In this document: positions 27,715 to 38,393 of the stretch, piece after piece | Numbering within the stretch: position 1 is the stretch's first letter | Layout of the letters: every line of letters begins with the position of its first letter | Origin: an uncultured Planctomycetaceae bacterium | GTDB lineage: Bacteria > Planctomycetota > UBA1135 > GCA-002686595 | Reading direction: 5' to 3' | NCBI GenBank assembly: GCA_964467985.1 | Contig: CAYXTP010000004.1 | Location: 152,874-216,873 of the forward strand | Length of the DNA: 64,000 bases | Made by a program: the position numbers and the translations under genes | Notes under the pieces: model-generated | What the model was told of the DNA's origin: nothing | The model's input: only the letters and a program-made list of their open reading frames with translations | Database searches by the model: none

Positions 27715-30066
27715 GTGCTGCCAGCCCCTTCACGTTCCTCGAGCGAGTCTCAGGCCCCTCCTCCCACGCGACCGTTCTTCTACCTGGCACTCGCCTGTGC
27801 GGCCGGGTCGGGAGCTGGCTGGACGGACAACACCCTGGTGCGAATCGCTAGCCTGGCCGGCTTGGTGGCAGTGGCTCTCTACGCGCCCATCGTCGCACGC
27901 GCGGGCCTGCGCCCGGGCTGGTTGCTGGTCATCGGTCTGTGTTGCACCCTGCGTTGTGAGTTACTCCGCGGGGCAAACGCACTGCCCACCGGATCGTCAG
28001 GCCGCTGGGTCTCGAGCGACCGGTCAGCCCCAGCCGCGGGTGGGCAACAACACGGGCACTTGGGCTGGCCTACCGACCGCTGGGAGTGCCTGGCTTATTC
28101 AGTTTCCGATGGCGAAGGACTGCTGCGACTCAGTTCGGGAACGGAACTGCGATCCGCGGCCCTGCCCGGCGAAGAAGCTCGCGTGCACAACGTGTTGTTT
28201 CAGGTGGATGAACTGGCGCGTAACGCACCCGCCGCAGCGGCTGTCCAGGTTCCAGGTGCACGCTCTCTCGCCCGCTTGCGTCAGAGCATTGGCCGACGGC
28301 TGCGTGCAGCCGAGGACGCCCTCAGTCCATCGAGCCCACAGCGGGGATTGCTGCCCGCGCTCATCGTGGGTGACCGCGAGGGATTGAGTCCGGCAACCAA
28401 GGACCTCTTTACGCGTACCGGAACCCGGCATCTACTCGCGCTATCTGGGCTCCACGTGGGCTTGATGGCCTGGTGGATCGTCTGGCCCTTGGGCGGTTGG
28501 CTGGCAACCCTTTGGAGCCGTTGGGTCGGGACTCGGGTTGCGGGCTTCCGCCGACTCCCTAGGGCTCAACTTGCTCCGGACGCCTTGCGCGCCTTGCTGG
28601 TACTGACGCTCGTCCCCCTCGGCGGCGGGGGAGCTCCGATCTGGCGCGCGGCCGTGGCCCTGGCACTGGCGGCCCTGGCCAAGATCTTGCCCGCCCCTGG
28701 CTCGCAGGCTGGGAAGCAACCCCGCGGTCGCCCTGCCGATGGACTCTCCCTGTGGGGAATGGCCCTCTGCCTTGAACTCTTCATCGCTCCCGGCTCGATC
28801 GCGGAGCTGGGCTTGCAGCTCTCCTACCTGGCCACGCTCGGATTGATTCTGGGTCTGCCCGCGCTGGGAACGACCTGCCCCCTGCGCCTGCGCGAGGCGG
28901 ACGGATTGGGACGTGCACGCTCTCCATGGTTGCGGGCACCGCTCCAGCGCCTGTTGGACTGGACCTGGCTAGCCGGCGCGACTTCGGTCCTGGCCGTGGT
29001 GGTCACCCTGCCAGTGATCTGGTGCCAGTTTGGGTACATCGCTCTGGTGGGAGTCATCGCCACGCCCTTGGTCATGCTGCCCTTGATGGGACTGCTCGCT
29101 GCAGGCTGGGCGCAAGTCTGCCTGCCCGGATGGCTGCCGCCCAACCTGCTCCATCTTCCTGGTCGCCTGCTGATCGATCTGCTCGAACTCTGTGACCAGC
29201 TGCCTGGAACTCCCTGGCCCCTGCCCCCGCGCCCGTGGCCGTGGATTGTGGCGCTCACCGTTCTATCGTTTCTGTTGCTGACGCGCAGACCCGGACCGCG
29301 GCCGCGTACTTGGATTCTCACCCTCGGCCTCTACGCCCTGCTCATGCGACCGGCGGGCGCCGACAGTCAGGGGGCCCCGGAGTTGGTGCTGCTGGATGTG
29401 GGGCATGGCACTGCCGCTCTGCTGCGGGTGCCCGGCGAAGGAGTGTGGCTCTTCGATGCAGGGTCCAAGGACCGCGTCGGTGTGGCGACCGCCGTAGGAG
29501 AGCAGTTGCGTCGCTGGCAAACGCGGGAGCTTGCCGTAGTCGTGAGTCACCGTGACCGGGACCACTCATCAGCCATGCCTTGGATTCTAGAGCGCTGGCC
29601 CGCACGGCTGGCTGCCGGGGCCCTTGAAGCCACGGCAGGCTGGACGGGTTCGGCGATCGACCTGGAACGGGGTCGCGTGCAGCTGCCAACGCGCGGTCTG
29701 CTGGAGCTGTACCTGCTGCGCGGCACGGCGGCCGAAGGCAACGAGGGTTCGCGTTGTTTGGAGGTGCGCCTGGGGTCCTGGTCGGCCCTCCTGACGGGGG
29801 ATGCGGAGCAGGATGGACTGGCTGGACTGCTACAGGGAGACCTCTTGCGCGGGCCCTACGACCTGCTCCTGCTGCCCCACCACGGATCCCAGACGCCCCA
29901 TCTGCAGGCCTTGTTGGAGCGCTGCACCCCCAGGCGCATCTGGGTCAGCTGTGGGGCGCCCGCAGCCCTGGGTCCGGAGCTCACCAGGAGGGGTCTGAAT
30001 TGGACCTCGACCCGCCTTGAGGGGGGCCTCAGAACCCATCTGGAAGAGCATCTCAGTTTGGATTAG
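27715..30066 (+). CDS. comEC: ComEC/Rec2 DNA-internalisation channel with a C-terminal metallo-beta-lactamase domain
   Basis: Polytopic core with HLLALSGLHVG, and an MBL region LLDVGHGTAALL...SHRDRDHSSA...LLLPHHGS. Size is 783 aa. Confidence 0.85.
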   Translation: MLPAPSRSSSESQAPPPTRPFFYLALACAAGSGAGWTDNTLVRIASLAGLVAVALYAPIVARAGLRPGWLLVIGLCCTLRCELLRGANALPTGSSGRWVSSDRSAPAAGGQQHGHLGWPTDRWECLAYSVSDGEGLLRLSSGTELRSAALPGEEARVHNVLFQVDELARNAPAAAAVQVPGARSLARLRQSIGRRLRAAEDALSPSSPQRGLLPALIVGDREGLSPATKDLFTRTGTRHLLALSGLHVGLMAWWIVWPLGGWLATLWSRWVGTRVAGFRRLPRAQLAPDALRALLVLTLVPLGGGGAPIWRAAVALALAALAKILPAPGSQAGKQPRGRPADGLSLWGMALCLELFIAPGSIAELGLQLSYLATLGLILGLPALGTTCPLRLREADGLGRARSPWLRAPLQRLLDWTWLAGATSVLAVVVTLPVIWCQFGYIALVGVIATPLVMLPLMGLLAAGWAQVCLPGWLPPNLLHLPGRLLIDLLELCDQLPGTPWPLPPRPWPWIVALTVLSFLLLTRRPGPRPRTWILTLGLYALLMRPAGADSQGAPELVLLDVGHGTAALLRVPGEGVWLFDAGSKDRVGVATAVGEQLRRWQTRELAVVVSHRDRDHSSAMPWILERWPARLAAGALEATAGWTGSAIDLERGRVQLPTRGLLELYLLRGTAAEGNEGSRCLEVRLGSWSALLTGDAEQDGLAGLLQGDLLRGPYDLLLLPHHGSQTPHLQALLERCTPRRIWVSCGAPAALGPELTRRGLNWTSTRLEGGLRTHLEEHLSLD

Positions 30067-30111
30067 GTCTAGGGATAGTGACTTGCCGTCCGCGCACCGA
30101 TACTTCATCCC

Positions 30112-31464
30112 ATGCTGCAACTCCCTGCTCTGCTCCTCGCTCTCGCTCCCATCCAAAACACCGCCTCCATTCAAGACTCCGTAGCGATCCAAGACCCCGC
30201 TGCCAATCGAGATCCAGAGGCTCAGGACGTCTCCCAGGAACGACCTCAACACCGAATTCTGTTCTGTCGCGGAGGCGCGGTCATCCGCGGTCTGACGCGA
30301 CCCCTCGGTGCGCAGGGCGCATGGCAGGTGCGCCGTAACGGAAAGTGGACACACGTGCCCGCCGGGCTGGTCCTCTCCACCGAGATGGAGAAGGACTCCG
30401 AGAAAGAGTACGCACGTCAACTCAAAGCCGTGCGCAAACTCGCGCAAGCCAAGCGTCCGCAGGCACTGGCCGCAGCCGCCGCTTGGGCCCTCGAACACGG
30501 ACTGCTCAAGGAGGGGGTCAAGGAACTGGACGCCCTGCTCGCCGAGCACGCGGATCTGCAAGCGGCACGAGAGGCGATGTGTGCCCACGCCAGCCGCTTT
30601 CCGGTGCCTCCTCTGGACACGGACAAGTCCGGCGAGAGCCTGATTGCCTCCCTGGACAAGCTCTTCGCTTGGGGCAGCACGATGGGTCCCGCGCTGCAAG
30701 AACTGACGGTCGTGGAAATGGCCAAGGTGCGCGACCGCAAGGCACTGCTGGAAGGACTGACGGGTGAGTTGGGTGCGCGCGACTCCAAACGTCGCGGTAT
30801 GGCTTCACTCAGTCTGCGTCGGCTCTTCCCGGGCAAGAGTCCCCGAGCCTTGATCTTGCACGCCACCCTGGATCCCAGCCGGGACGTGCGCTCCAGCTCC
30901 GCCCGCACCCTGGGCGCGGCCCATGATTCGGGCGTCATCGTGCCCCTGGTCAAGACCCTCGACAGCACACATCCGACCCTGCGCGAGCGCTCCGCTGAAG
31001 CCCTTGGCAACATGGCCTACCCCGCTGCGGTGGAGCCCCTCGTGCAGCGACTTCGAGCCGTGTCTCAACCGGGTGCGGCCGCAGCCGCCGGGGGCTCCCG
31101 CCCGCCGCACTCCAACATCTACGTGGGCACGCAAATGGCCTACCTGCAGGACTTCGACGTGGAAGTCGCCATGGGCAGTTCTATCGCCGACCCGATCGTC
31201 AATGTGCTGACTTCGGGCTCGGTGTTGGATGTGGGCGTGCTGAGCGTGGTGCAGGTTCACTTCGCCAGGGAGACACGGGCCATCCGTGGCGCTCTGGGGA
31301 AATTGACCGCTGCCGACCCGGGCAACTCCAACCGCGCTTGGTTGCGCTGGTGGGAAAAAAACAGCGAAGATTGGAGAGCGAGTCGGTTCCTGGATACCCC
31401 GGGATCCGCTGTGGGCTCAGCCAAGGGTGGTACCTCAGCCAACGCAACGACGGGCGGAAAGTAG
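30112..31464 (+). CDS. Secreted HEAT/PBS-lyase-like repeat protein, function unknown
   Basis: Signal-like N-terminus. HEAT-like repeats are DPSRDVRSSSARTLGAAHDSGVIVPLVKTLDSTHPTLRERSAEALGNMAYPAAVEPLVQRL. The antisense ORF 29830-30699 is rejected. Confidence 0.6.
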   Translation: MLQLPALLLALAPIQNTASIQDSVAIQDPAANRDPEAQDVSQERPQHRILFCRGGAVIRGLTRPLGAQGAWQVRRNGKWTHVPAGLVLSTEMEKDSEKEYARQLKAVRKLAQAKRPQALAAAAAWALEHGLLKEGVKELDALLAEHADLQAAREAMCAHASRFPVPPLDTDKSGESLIASLDKLFAWGSTMGPALQELTVVEMAKVRDRKALLEGLTGELGARDSKRRGMASLSLRRLFPGKSPRALILHATLDPSRDVRSSSARTLGAAHDSGVIVPLVKTLDSTHPTLRERSAEALGNMAYPAAVEPLVQRLRAVSQPGAAAAAGGSRPPHSNIYVGTQMAYLQDFDVEVAMGSSIADPIVNVLTSGSVLDVGVLSVVQVHFARETRAIRGALGKLTAADPGNSNRAWLRWWEKNSEDWRASRFLDTPGSAVGSAKGGTSANATTGGK

Positions 31465-31629
31465 CCCTCGAAAATGGGCCGGGGTACGACATCTGTTCCC
31501 CCCACGTAAAGGCCCCGAATGAATCTGGATGGGCGCGGGCAATGGTGCCGATGAGTCCATATCGCGGCCCCGGGCAGTGTACCCTTGTCCTAGGTTACCC
31601 CCGGACAGGTCTGCGGCCTGCTGCCATCC

Positions 31630-32793
31630 ATGATTCTGCACACTCCCCTCCTTCTGGCTTGCTTGCTCGTCTCACAAGACGAGCCACAGAAAGCGAGCGT
31701 GGTGCAGGATCAGCTCGCCATCCACGCCCTGCGCAGCGTTTCCCCGCAGACGTGGAATTTCATGCTGCCTGCGCAAGCCTGGCGGCCCCTCGTCTCTCCG
31801 CTGGTGCTGGATGGAACTGAGTTCGCCGTTCAACTCGACGGCCCCGATCTGCTGCACTTGGACACGGACGCCGACGGGCACCCCGACCTGCGCGTCTTGC
31901 CTCAACATCCATTCGTCCGACTGAAGTCCGCAACGGGCGGCAGCCACATGGTGCGACTGCGTCGCAGTGGGGATGCATGGGAGTGGGCCAACGGGACGGT
32001 CATGTCGGGACGCGTCGAGGGTTCCCGCTTGCAGATTATCGACTTGAACGGTGACGGTCGATTCGACGGATTTGGTCAAGACGCCATGGTCGTGGGCGAG
32101 AAGCGAGGCGCTAGTTACCTCTCGCGAGTGACCTCCATTTCCGATCGCCTCTTTCACCTGTCGGTGACGGCCTCCGGAGAACGCGTTTCAACTCGCCCCT
32201 ACGCCGGGCCGACAGCGCAGCTCAACGTCACCAGCGATTTCAACTCGCGGGGCACTCTCGAGTACGCCGTCTTTTCCAGTGGCGAGTCGTCCTTCGAATT
32301 GTCGGATGCCACAGAGGGGCTGAGGGTCCCGGCAGGGTCCTACCGCTTCATCGCCGGCCGAGTCGCAAAGGGCCGAGAGTCGGCGCGCATGGTGGGTGGA
32401 GGCATGGCGCCAATCGTCTTGGCAGCCGACCAGACCCATCAACTTGCTTGGGGAGGTCCCCTGAATGCCCGCTTCCGCTGCGCTGTGCACGACGGAGAAT
32501 TGACTGTCTTCAGCAACTTGCGTTTTACTGGCGTTGGCGGCGAGGAGTACTTCGCTTTCTCTCCGGATGCTCGCCCCCCCACGATCCGAGTCCTGGATGC
32601 TTCCACGGGCAAGGTCGTGCAATACGGCCACATGGGTGGCTGCTGCGGTGGGGGTTTCAGCGCCTACGTGGCACGCGTGCCCTCCTCTGTGAGTCTCGAA
32701 GTACAGCTCGTTCACAAACGCAGTCTGTTCGAAACGATCCGCGGACGGGTCTTGCCCGCGCGCGTGGCTCAGAGCGACAAGACGCCGCACTGA
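31630..32793 (+). CDS. Secreted hypothetical protein with DxDxDG calcium-binding-like motifs
   Basis: Signal-like N-terminus MILHTPLLLACLLV, plus LDTDADGHPDL and DLNGDGRFDGFG. I recognise no family. Confidence 0.55.
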   Translation: MILHTPLLLACLLVSQDEPQKASVVQDQLAIHALRSVSPQTWNFMLPAQAWRPLVSPLVLDGTEFAVQLDGPDLLHLDTDADGHPDLRVLPQHPFVRLKSATGGSHMVRLRRSGDAWEWANGTVMSGRVEGSRLQIIDLNGDGRFDGFGQDAMVVGEKRGASYLSRVTSISDRLFHLSVTASGERVSTRPYAGPTAQLNVTSDFNSRGTLEYAVFSSGESSFELSDATEGLRVPAGSYRFIAGRVAKGRESARMVGGGMAPIVLAADQTHQLAWGGPLNARFRCAVHDGELTVFSNLRFTGVGGEEYFAFSPDARPPTIRVLDASTGKVVQYGHMGGCCGGGFSAYVARVPSSVSLEVQLVHKRSLFETIRGRVLPARVAQSDKTPH

Positions 32794-32859
32794 CACGGGA
32801 AGGCTGACGCAACGAGCTCGGCGAGTCCTATCCCTGCTGCTTGCGCCTGGAAGCGCGAC

Positions 32860-34410
32860 CTACTCCGGGGCCGTATTGTCTCCGAAGCGCGGATCCAGGA
32901 AGCCCTTGAAGCCTTGCAAGGCCGTGCGTTGCATGTAGAACGCGAGCCCCCTTTCGGCGCCCAGTTCTTCCCCCCCACCGGCGCGGCCAGGCCCCCCGTG
33001 GATGGAGGCGGGCAGGACCATTCCCGGTGGAAGGCTCTGGGACACGCTGCGATCACTCGCGATCCACACACGTCCATGCCAAGGGGCAACGCCCACCACG
33101 TAGGCTTCGGTCCAATCCGGGTCATTCGAATAGACGCTCGTCACCAGCCCGCCACCCCCGAGGTTGACCAGGTCCACCGCCTCGTCCACCTCACCGGCGT
33201 AGGGCAGGATGGTCGAGACGGGACCAAAGACCTCGAGCTCGTGCAGAACACTGGCTCGGGAATCGGATGCGACGAGCAGGGTGGGCTGCACGAAACAGCC
33301 TCCGTGCTCGGTGGGTTCGGCTCCCCCTAGGACAACTTCGGAGACCTCCGCCAGACGCCCGATCCCCTGGCGTACGTCTTCCAGCTGTGCCAGGTCCGTG
33401 AGCGGGCCCAATCGATTGGCTCGATCGGCAGGATCGCCCATTTGGATACGGCCGAGCTCGGCGATCAGGTCCTCACGCACCTCGTCCACGCGCTCGGCGG
33501 GAACGAGGATGCGCCGCACCGCTGTGCATTTCTGACCCGCCTTTTGCGTCATGTCGGTGACAAGGTTTGCCAGGAACGCGCCGTAGGTTTCCGAATCGGA
33601 TTCCACGTCCGGGGCCAGCACAGCGGCATTCAGGGAATCGGCCTCAATGTTGATGCGCACGTTGTGCGCCACGACGTTGGGGTGCCCTCGCAGCAGAGCT
33701 CCCGTCTTGGCAGAACCCGTAAAGGCCAGGCAGTCCTGCGGACCAAGGTGATCCAGCAAGCCGCCGGCAGATCCTGCGATGAATTGGAACGCCCCTTCCG
33801 GCAGGAGCCCGGAATCCACAGTGATCTGAGCCAGCCGCCACGCCAATAGGGCAGTGGGCGATCCGGGCTTTTCGATCACAGGCATACCCGCGAGCAGCGC
33901 ACAAGCGGCCTTCTCGAACATGCCCCAGGCAGGGAAGTTGAACGCATTGATATGCACCGCCACACCTGGGCGTGAGCTCAGAATGTGCTGCCCCCAGAAG
34001 CGGGCCGTTCGGCCGAGCTGCACTCCGTCTCCGTCAGCCAAGGTCTTGCGCTCGCCGAGTGAACGGGCGTAGTAGGCGTAGGCCGCAAGGGTTCCGGTCG
34101 CACCATCGATATCAAACTTGGCATCCCCGCGGGTGTTGCCCCCACACACCCGGCCCAGCTCAATCAACTCCTCGCGCGCTTCATGGATGGCCGCGGAGAG
34201 GTCCTTGAGCATCTGGCCCCGTTGGGCAAAGTTCAACGCGCGCAGAGCCGGACCACCCACATCGCGGGCGTGGGCTGTCATGGCGGCCAAGTCCAAGCCA
34301 CCCGAGGGCAATTGGGCCAGCGCAGCTCCGGAAGTGGGGTCGAGCAGGGTCCGAGGCTCGCCCGAGCCTTCCTGCCAGCGGCCGGCCACGTAGCTCGTCA
34401 GAGTGTGCAT
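32860..34410 (-). CDS. Aldehyde dehydrogenase of the PaaN/PaaZ-N type (3,4-dehydroadipyl-CoA semialdehyde dehydrogenase-like)
   Basis: From the internal ATG: [15 protein letters not shown]...[13 protein letters not shown]...[21 protein letters not shown]...DIDGATGTL, which matches the PaaN-type N-terminus. The ALDH core has FTGSAKTG. No other paa genes lie nearby. Confidence 0.8.
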   Translation of the reverse strand: MHTLTSYVAGRWQEGSGEPRTLLDPTSGAALAQLPSGGLDLAAMTAHARDVGGPALRALNFAQRGQMLKDLSAAIHEAREELIELGRVCGGNTRGDAKFDIDGATGTLAAYAYYARSLGERKTLADGDGVQLGRTARFWGQHILSSRPGVAVHINAFNFPAWGMFEKAACALLAGMPVIEKPGSPTALLAWRLAQITVDSGLLPEGAFQFIAGSAGGLLDHLGPQDCLAFTGSAKTGALLRGHPNVVAHNVRINIEADSLNAAVLAPDVESDSETYGAFLANLVTDMTQKAGQKCTAVRRILVPAERVDEVREDLIAELGRIQMGDPADRANRLGPLTDLAQLEDVRQGIGRLAEVSEVVLGGAEPTEHGGCFVQPTLLVASDSRASVLHELEVFGPVSTILPYAGEVDEAVDLVNLGGGGLVTSVYSNDPDWTEAYVVGVAPWHGRVWIASDRSVSQSLPPGMVLPASIHGGPGRAGGGEELGAERGLAFYMQRTALQGFKGFLDPRFGDNTAPE

Positions 34411-34571
34411 GGGAACGTTCTTGGGGAAATCGGGTGAGTCAACTCTGGGCTGAAGGGCGAACAGGGTAGCGCATGGAACACGGGCCGCCCATCCCGACCC
34501 ACCCACCAATCGGGCCACGGATTGAGGGAGCGCATGGACGATCCGGGTCCCGGGCAAGCTACCCTGGCCGC

Positions 34572-35519
34572 ATGGCAACTCCCAGCCCTGTTCAGCCGCC
34601 GGACCGCGGACACCTTAGCACCGAACAGCCCCACGCAGGAGCCAGGGACTTGGACCTGCTCTCCACACGGGATGCCCTGGAGTTGTTCAGCGCTGCAGAC
34701 CAGGAGGCGGTGGCTGCTGTCGAAGCCGCTCGGGGGGATTTGGCCCTGGCCGTCGATCACGTTGCCGAGAAGCTGCGCCTAGGCGGACGACTTGTGCAGA
34801 TCGGTGCGGGGACCAGCGGCCGCCTGGCCGTGCTCGACGCAAGTGAATGTCCACCCACGTTTTGTTCCGATCCCGACACGCTACAAGGAGTGATTGCTGG
34901 CGGGAGCAAGGCGCTCACCCAGGCGGTCGAAGGCGCAGAGGATTCGCGTGAGTTGGGTGTGGCCTGCGTGGACCAGCGCGAATTAGGACCTGGGGACGTT
35001 CTGCTCGGAATCAGTGCCGGAGGCACGACGCCCTTTGTGCATGCGGCCATCGAGCGCGCCAGGCAGCGGGGCGCCACGACCATCTTCATGACCTGCGTAC
35101 CGTCTCAACAGGTCGCGAGCCCGGCCGACCTGACCATCCGGCTACTGACAGGTCCCGAGTTGATCGCCGGCTCGACGCGCCTCAAGGCCGGCAGCGCCAC
35201 GAAACTGGCACTCAATGCACTCTCGACCCTGGTCATGGTACGCCTGGGTAAGGTGCATGGAAACCTGATGGTGGACGTGGACACTTCCGCCAACCTTAAA
35301 CTGGTTGAACGCGGAACCCGCATTCTGATGAGCCTGCTGGAAGTTCCGCGGGATGAGGCCCAACGTGTGCTGAGCGCAGCGGGGGGACGCGTCAAGGTGG
35401 CCGCGCTCATGGGCCGACTGAACGATGATCGCGAGCAAGCACTCGCGAGACTTGAGGCCTGTGGGGGCTCCCTGCGCAGGGCCCTGACGGCCGCAGAGGG
35501 CAGCAGCCCCTCCAGCTGA
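34572..35519 (+). CDS. murQ: N-acetylmuramic acid 6-phosphate etherase
   Basis: SIS domain with GRLVQIGAGTSGRLAVLDASECPPTF and STRLKAGSATKLALN. The start is taken at the internal ATG (MATPSP); the ORF track begins at 34473. Confidence 0.85.
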   Translation: MATPSPVQPPDRGHLSTEQPHAGARDLDLLSTRDALELFSAADQEAVAAVEAARGDLALAVDHVAEKLRLGGRLVQIGAGTSGRLAVLDASECPPTFCSDPDTLQGVIAGGSKALTQAVEGAEDSRELGVACVDQRELGPGDVLLGISAGGTTPFVHAAIERARQRGATTIFMTCVPSQQVASPADLTIRLLTGPELIAGSTRLKAGSATKLALNALSTLVMVRLGKVHGNLMVDVDTSANLKLVERGTRILMSLLEVPRDEAQRVLSAAGGRVKVAALMGRLNDDREQALARLEACGGSLRRALTAAEGSSPSS

Positions 35520-35567
35520 ACGCAGGACTTGCACGCAACCGAGCCCGGTCCCGGACGTCATGGCGGC

Positions 35568-37097
35568 ATGCGTACGATTCGAGTCACCGGCGCTTCGCTC
35601 AGCGCCGGCGGTGCCGAGCGTGTGGTGGTTGAAGGCCAATTCTGCTCGTCCACCTCCAGCCGCACGGAGGTGGTCATCACCGGTTTGCCTGACGCCGTCA
35701 CCCGCGAGAGCCGTGGACGACTCCTGTGCGCCCTGCGCGAAACGCGGCTGCAACGTGGCGGGGGGAAGTTCTTCTTGAACCTGGTGCCTGCTGCCAGACC
35801 CAAAAGCGGAGAGATGCTCGATCTGCCCCTGGTGCTCGCTGGGGCCGGTGCGGTAGGTCACCTGAGTCAGGAAGCCCTCGCGAACACCCTTTTCTTGGGG
35901 GAAGTGGGCATTGACGGCGCCCTGCACAGCGTTCCGGGCGGCTTGGCCGCAGCGCTGGCAGCGAGACAGGCGGGCATGCGGTCGCTGCTCGCGCCGCCGC
36001 GCACGGCGCAGGAAGCCGCCCACGTGCCCGGATTGGAAGTGCTCGAGGCCACACATCTGGCCCAGGTCATCGCCCATCTCAGCCCCGATGGAGTCAAGCT
36101 GGAAGCCTTGGAGAGACCGGACTCGGGAGTCGGCACGCGGCGGCCCAAGCGGCTAGACGCCGTACGCGGTCAGGCCGCGGCCAAGCACGCGTTGGCCGTG
36201 GCTGCGGCGGGAGGGCATGGACTGCTCATGGTCGGGCCCCCGGGTGCGGGCAAGACTCTTCTGGCCCGCAGCTTGGTCGACCTGCTGCCAGCCCTTTCGA
36301 TGGACGAGCGACTCGAGCTGGCCGGTGCCCTGTCTGCCAGCGGACACTGGACCTGCCAGCTGCCCGATCGACGCCCATTCCGCTCCCCCCACCACAGCAC
36401 GACCCACGCAGGTCTGGTTGGCGGCGGCAACCCACTCGCGGCCGGGGAGATCACCCTGGCCCATCACGGCGTCTTGTTCCTCGACGAACTGCCGGAATTC
36501 CGCCGCGATGTACTGGAGTCCCTGCGCCAACCACTGGAAGCGGGAGAAATCTGCTTGTCGCGGGCTGGGCGGCAGACACGGCTACCGGCGCGTTTTCAGT
36601 TGGTCGCCGCCATGAACCCTTGCCCCTGCGGCTATCACGGCCATGCGCGTATCCCCTGTCCCTGCGCGCCCCAGGTGGTCCGCCGGTACCGACAACGCAT
36701 CTCCGGTCCGCTCCTGGATCGGATCGACCTGCGGCTCGAGATACCGCCCACGCCGCTGGAAGCGCTGACCCCAAGTGGAGAACCACGGACGCAGGTCGGC
36801 TCGTCGCCTGCAGCAGACTTGCTGGCGGCCATTGACCGTGCGACTCGTATGCGCCACGGCCGCACACAGAACGCGGCCAATACCGGTCTGGGAGTACGAG
36901 AACTGGACGAGGTTTGCCCCCTTGAAGGCGATGGCCGCCGACTTCTTGCCAGAGCCGTTGAGAAGAGGGGGCTCTCGGCCCGGGCCGTGCAGTCGACGCG
37001 CCGTGTCGCGCGCACTCTGGCCGACCTCGAGGGTCAAACGCAGGTGAGTCCGGATCATCTGGCCGGAGCCCTCGCCCTACGCGCGCCGGTCGATTGA
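35568..37097 (+). CDS. comM: YifB/ComM-family Mg-chelatase-like AAA+ ATPase
   Basis: Lon-protease-like N-domain, Walker A GPPGAGKT, HGVLFLDELPEF, and the zinc-ribbon-like AAMNPCPCGYHGHARIPCPC. An alternative TTG start lies at 35529. Confidence 0.85.
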   Translation: MRTIRVTGASLSAGGAERVVVEGQFCSSTSSRTEVVITGLPDAVTRESRGRLLCALRETRLQRGGGKFFLNLVPAARPKSGEMLDLPLVLAGAGAVGHLSQEALANTLFLGEVGIDGALHSVPGGLAAALAARQAGMRSLLAPPRTAQEAAHVPGLEVLEATHLAQVIAHLSPDGVKLEALERPDSGVGTRRPKRLDAVRGQAAAKHALAVAAAGGHGLLMVGPPGAGKTLLARSLVDLLPALSMDERLELAGALSASGHWTCQLPDRRPFRSPHHSTTHAGLVGGGNPLAAGEITLAHHGVLFLDELPEFRRDVLESLRQPLEAGEICLSRAGRQTRLPARFQLVAAMNPCPCGYHGHARIPCPCAPQVVRRYRQRISGPLLDRIDLRLEIPPTPLEALTPSGEPRTQVGSSPAADLLAAIDRATRMRHGRTQNAANTGLGVRELDEVCPLEGDGRRLLARAVEKRGLSARAVQSTRRVARTLADLEGQTQVSPDHLAGALALRAPVD

Positions 37098-37113
37098 CCG
37101 CAACACCCAGTTT

Positions 37114-38385
37114 CTACTCGTGCCGCAGTGCTTCCACAGGATCCATCGTCGCTGCGCGCCAGGCCGGGTACAGCCCGAAAATCACGCCCGTTGCGACCGA
37201 GATCCCGAAGGCAAAAACGGGCGCCTCGAAGGTCACGATCGTGCGCATGTCCCCGGCCGCTTCAACGATTTTGGGGATGACCAGACCCAAGGCAACTCCC
37301 GCCACACCACCGCAGCCCGACAGGACGACGGTCTCAACCAAGAACTGGGTCACGATATGGTGCCGCTTGGCGCCCAAGGCACGGCGGATGCCGATCTCGC
37401 GGGTGCGCTCCGTCACGGTGGCCAGCATGACGTTCATGATCCCGATGCCACCGACCAGCAGGGAGATACCGGCAATACTGGCTAGGACGATGGAGAAAAT
37501 ACGCTTGGTCTCTTGGGCGCGCAGCAATAACTCGAGTGGCACGATCACCTCGTAGTCTTTCTCGCGGTGACTCTCGGCGAGCATGATGCGACTCGCGTTA
37601 GCAATCATGGACACGTCTTCATCCCGCTCAACGGCGATGATGATCTCGTGCAACTGGACCTCCTGGGCGTCCATGGTGCCACTGCGGATCTTCACTTGCC
37701 GCTCTCCGAACACGCGCTGGCCAGTCTTGAGCGGTATGAAGACTTCGCCGCCCACCTCTGTACCCGCATCGCGTTTGATCGAACCGATGGGAACTCGGGG
37801 GAACATCACCCCCACGACATCGAGGTACTCTGCCCCGACCTTGATGCGCTCCCCCAAGGCGGCCTTGAAGGGAAATAGGTAGCGCGCGACCTCATAGCCC
37901 AACACGCATACCGGTGCCGTAGCGGCGTTATCACGCTCGTGCAAGAAGCGACCAGACATCATGATGCGCCCAGTCACGTCGCGGTAGCTGGGGTCCACGC
38001 ACATCACACGCGGGCGACAACTGAGTTCCCCGGCGCGCACTTCTTCGGGCACCTCCAGGACCGCAACGACATCCTTGACACCGGGATAGGTCTCTGAAAC
38101 GCGTGCGTGGTCCTCATGGGTCAAGCCATAGGCGATGACGCGCGATTCCTGGTCTGAGACCTTGTCCTCGGGGGGTTTCACGCTGCGCAGGATTACGTTG
38201 CGGCTACCGAGCTGCCGTATCTGCTCCTGCGCTTCAACGCTCGCACCTTCGGCGATCGCGAGCATGGCGATCACGCTCGAGACTCCAAAAAGCACGCCCA
38301 GAGTCGTCAGGAATGAGCGCAACTTGTGCAGCAGCAAACTGCTCACACCCAACCGCACGGCCCGCATCAGAGAGGAAGACTGCAT
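37114..38385 (-). CDS. FtsX/MacB-type ABC efflux permease
   Basis: N-terminal TM, a large periplasmic MacB_PCD-like domain, and a C-terminal FtsX core (IGIRRALGAKRHHIVTQFLVE). The start is taken at MQSSSLMRAV. Confidence 0.85.
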   Translation of the reverse strand: MQSSSLMRAVRLGVSSLLLHKLRSFLTTLGVLFGVSSVIAMLAIAEGASVEAQEQIRQLGSRNVILRSVKPPEDKVSDQESRVIAYGLTHEDHARVSETYPGVKDVVAVLEVPEEVRAGELSCRPRVMCVDPSYRDVTGRIMMSGRFLHERDNAATAPVCVLGYEVARYLFPFKAALGERIKVGAEYLDVVGVMFPRVPIGSIKRDAGTEVGGEVFIPLKTGQRVFGERQVKIRSGTMDAQEVQLHEIIIAVERDEDVSMIANASRIMLAESHREKDYEVIVPLELLLRAQETKRIFSIVLASIAGISLLVGGIGIMNVMLATVTERTREIGIRRALGAKRHHIVTQFLVETVVLSGCGGVAGVALGLVIPKIVEAAGDMRTIVTFEAPVFAFGISVATGVIFGLYPAWRAATMDPVEALRHE

Positions 38386-38393
38386 GTGGACGC

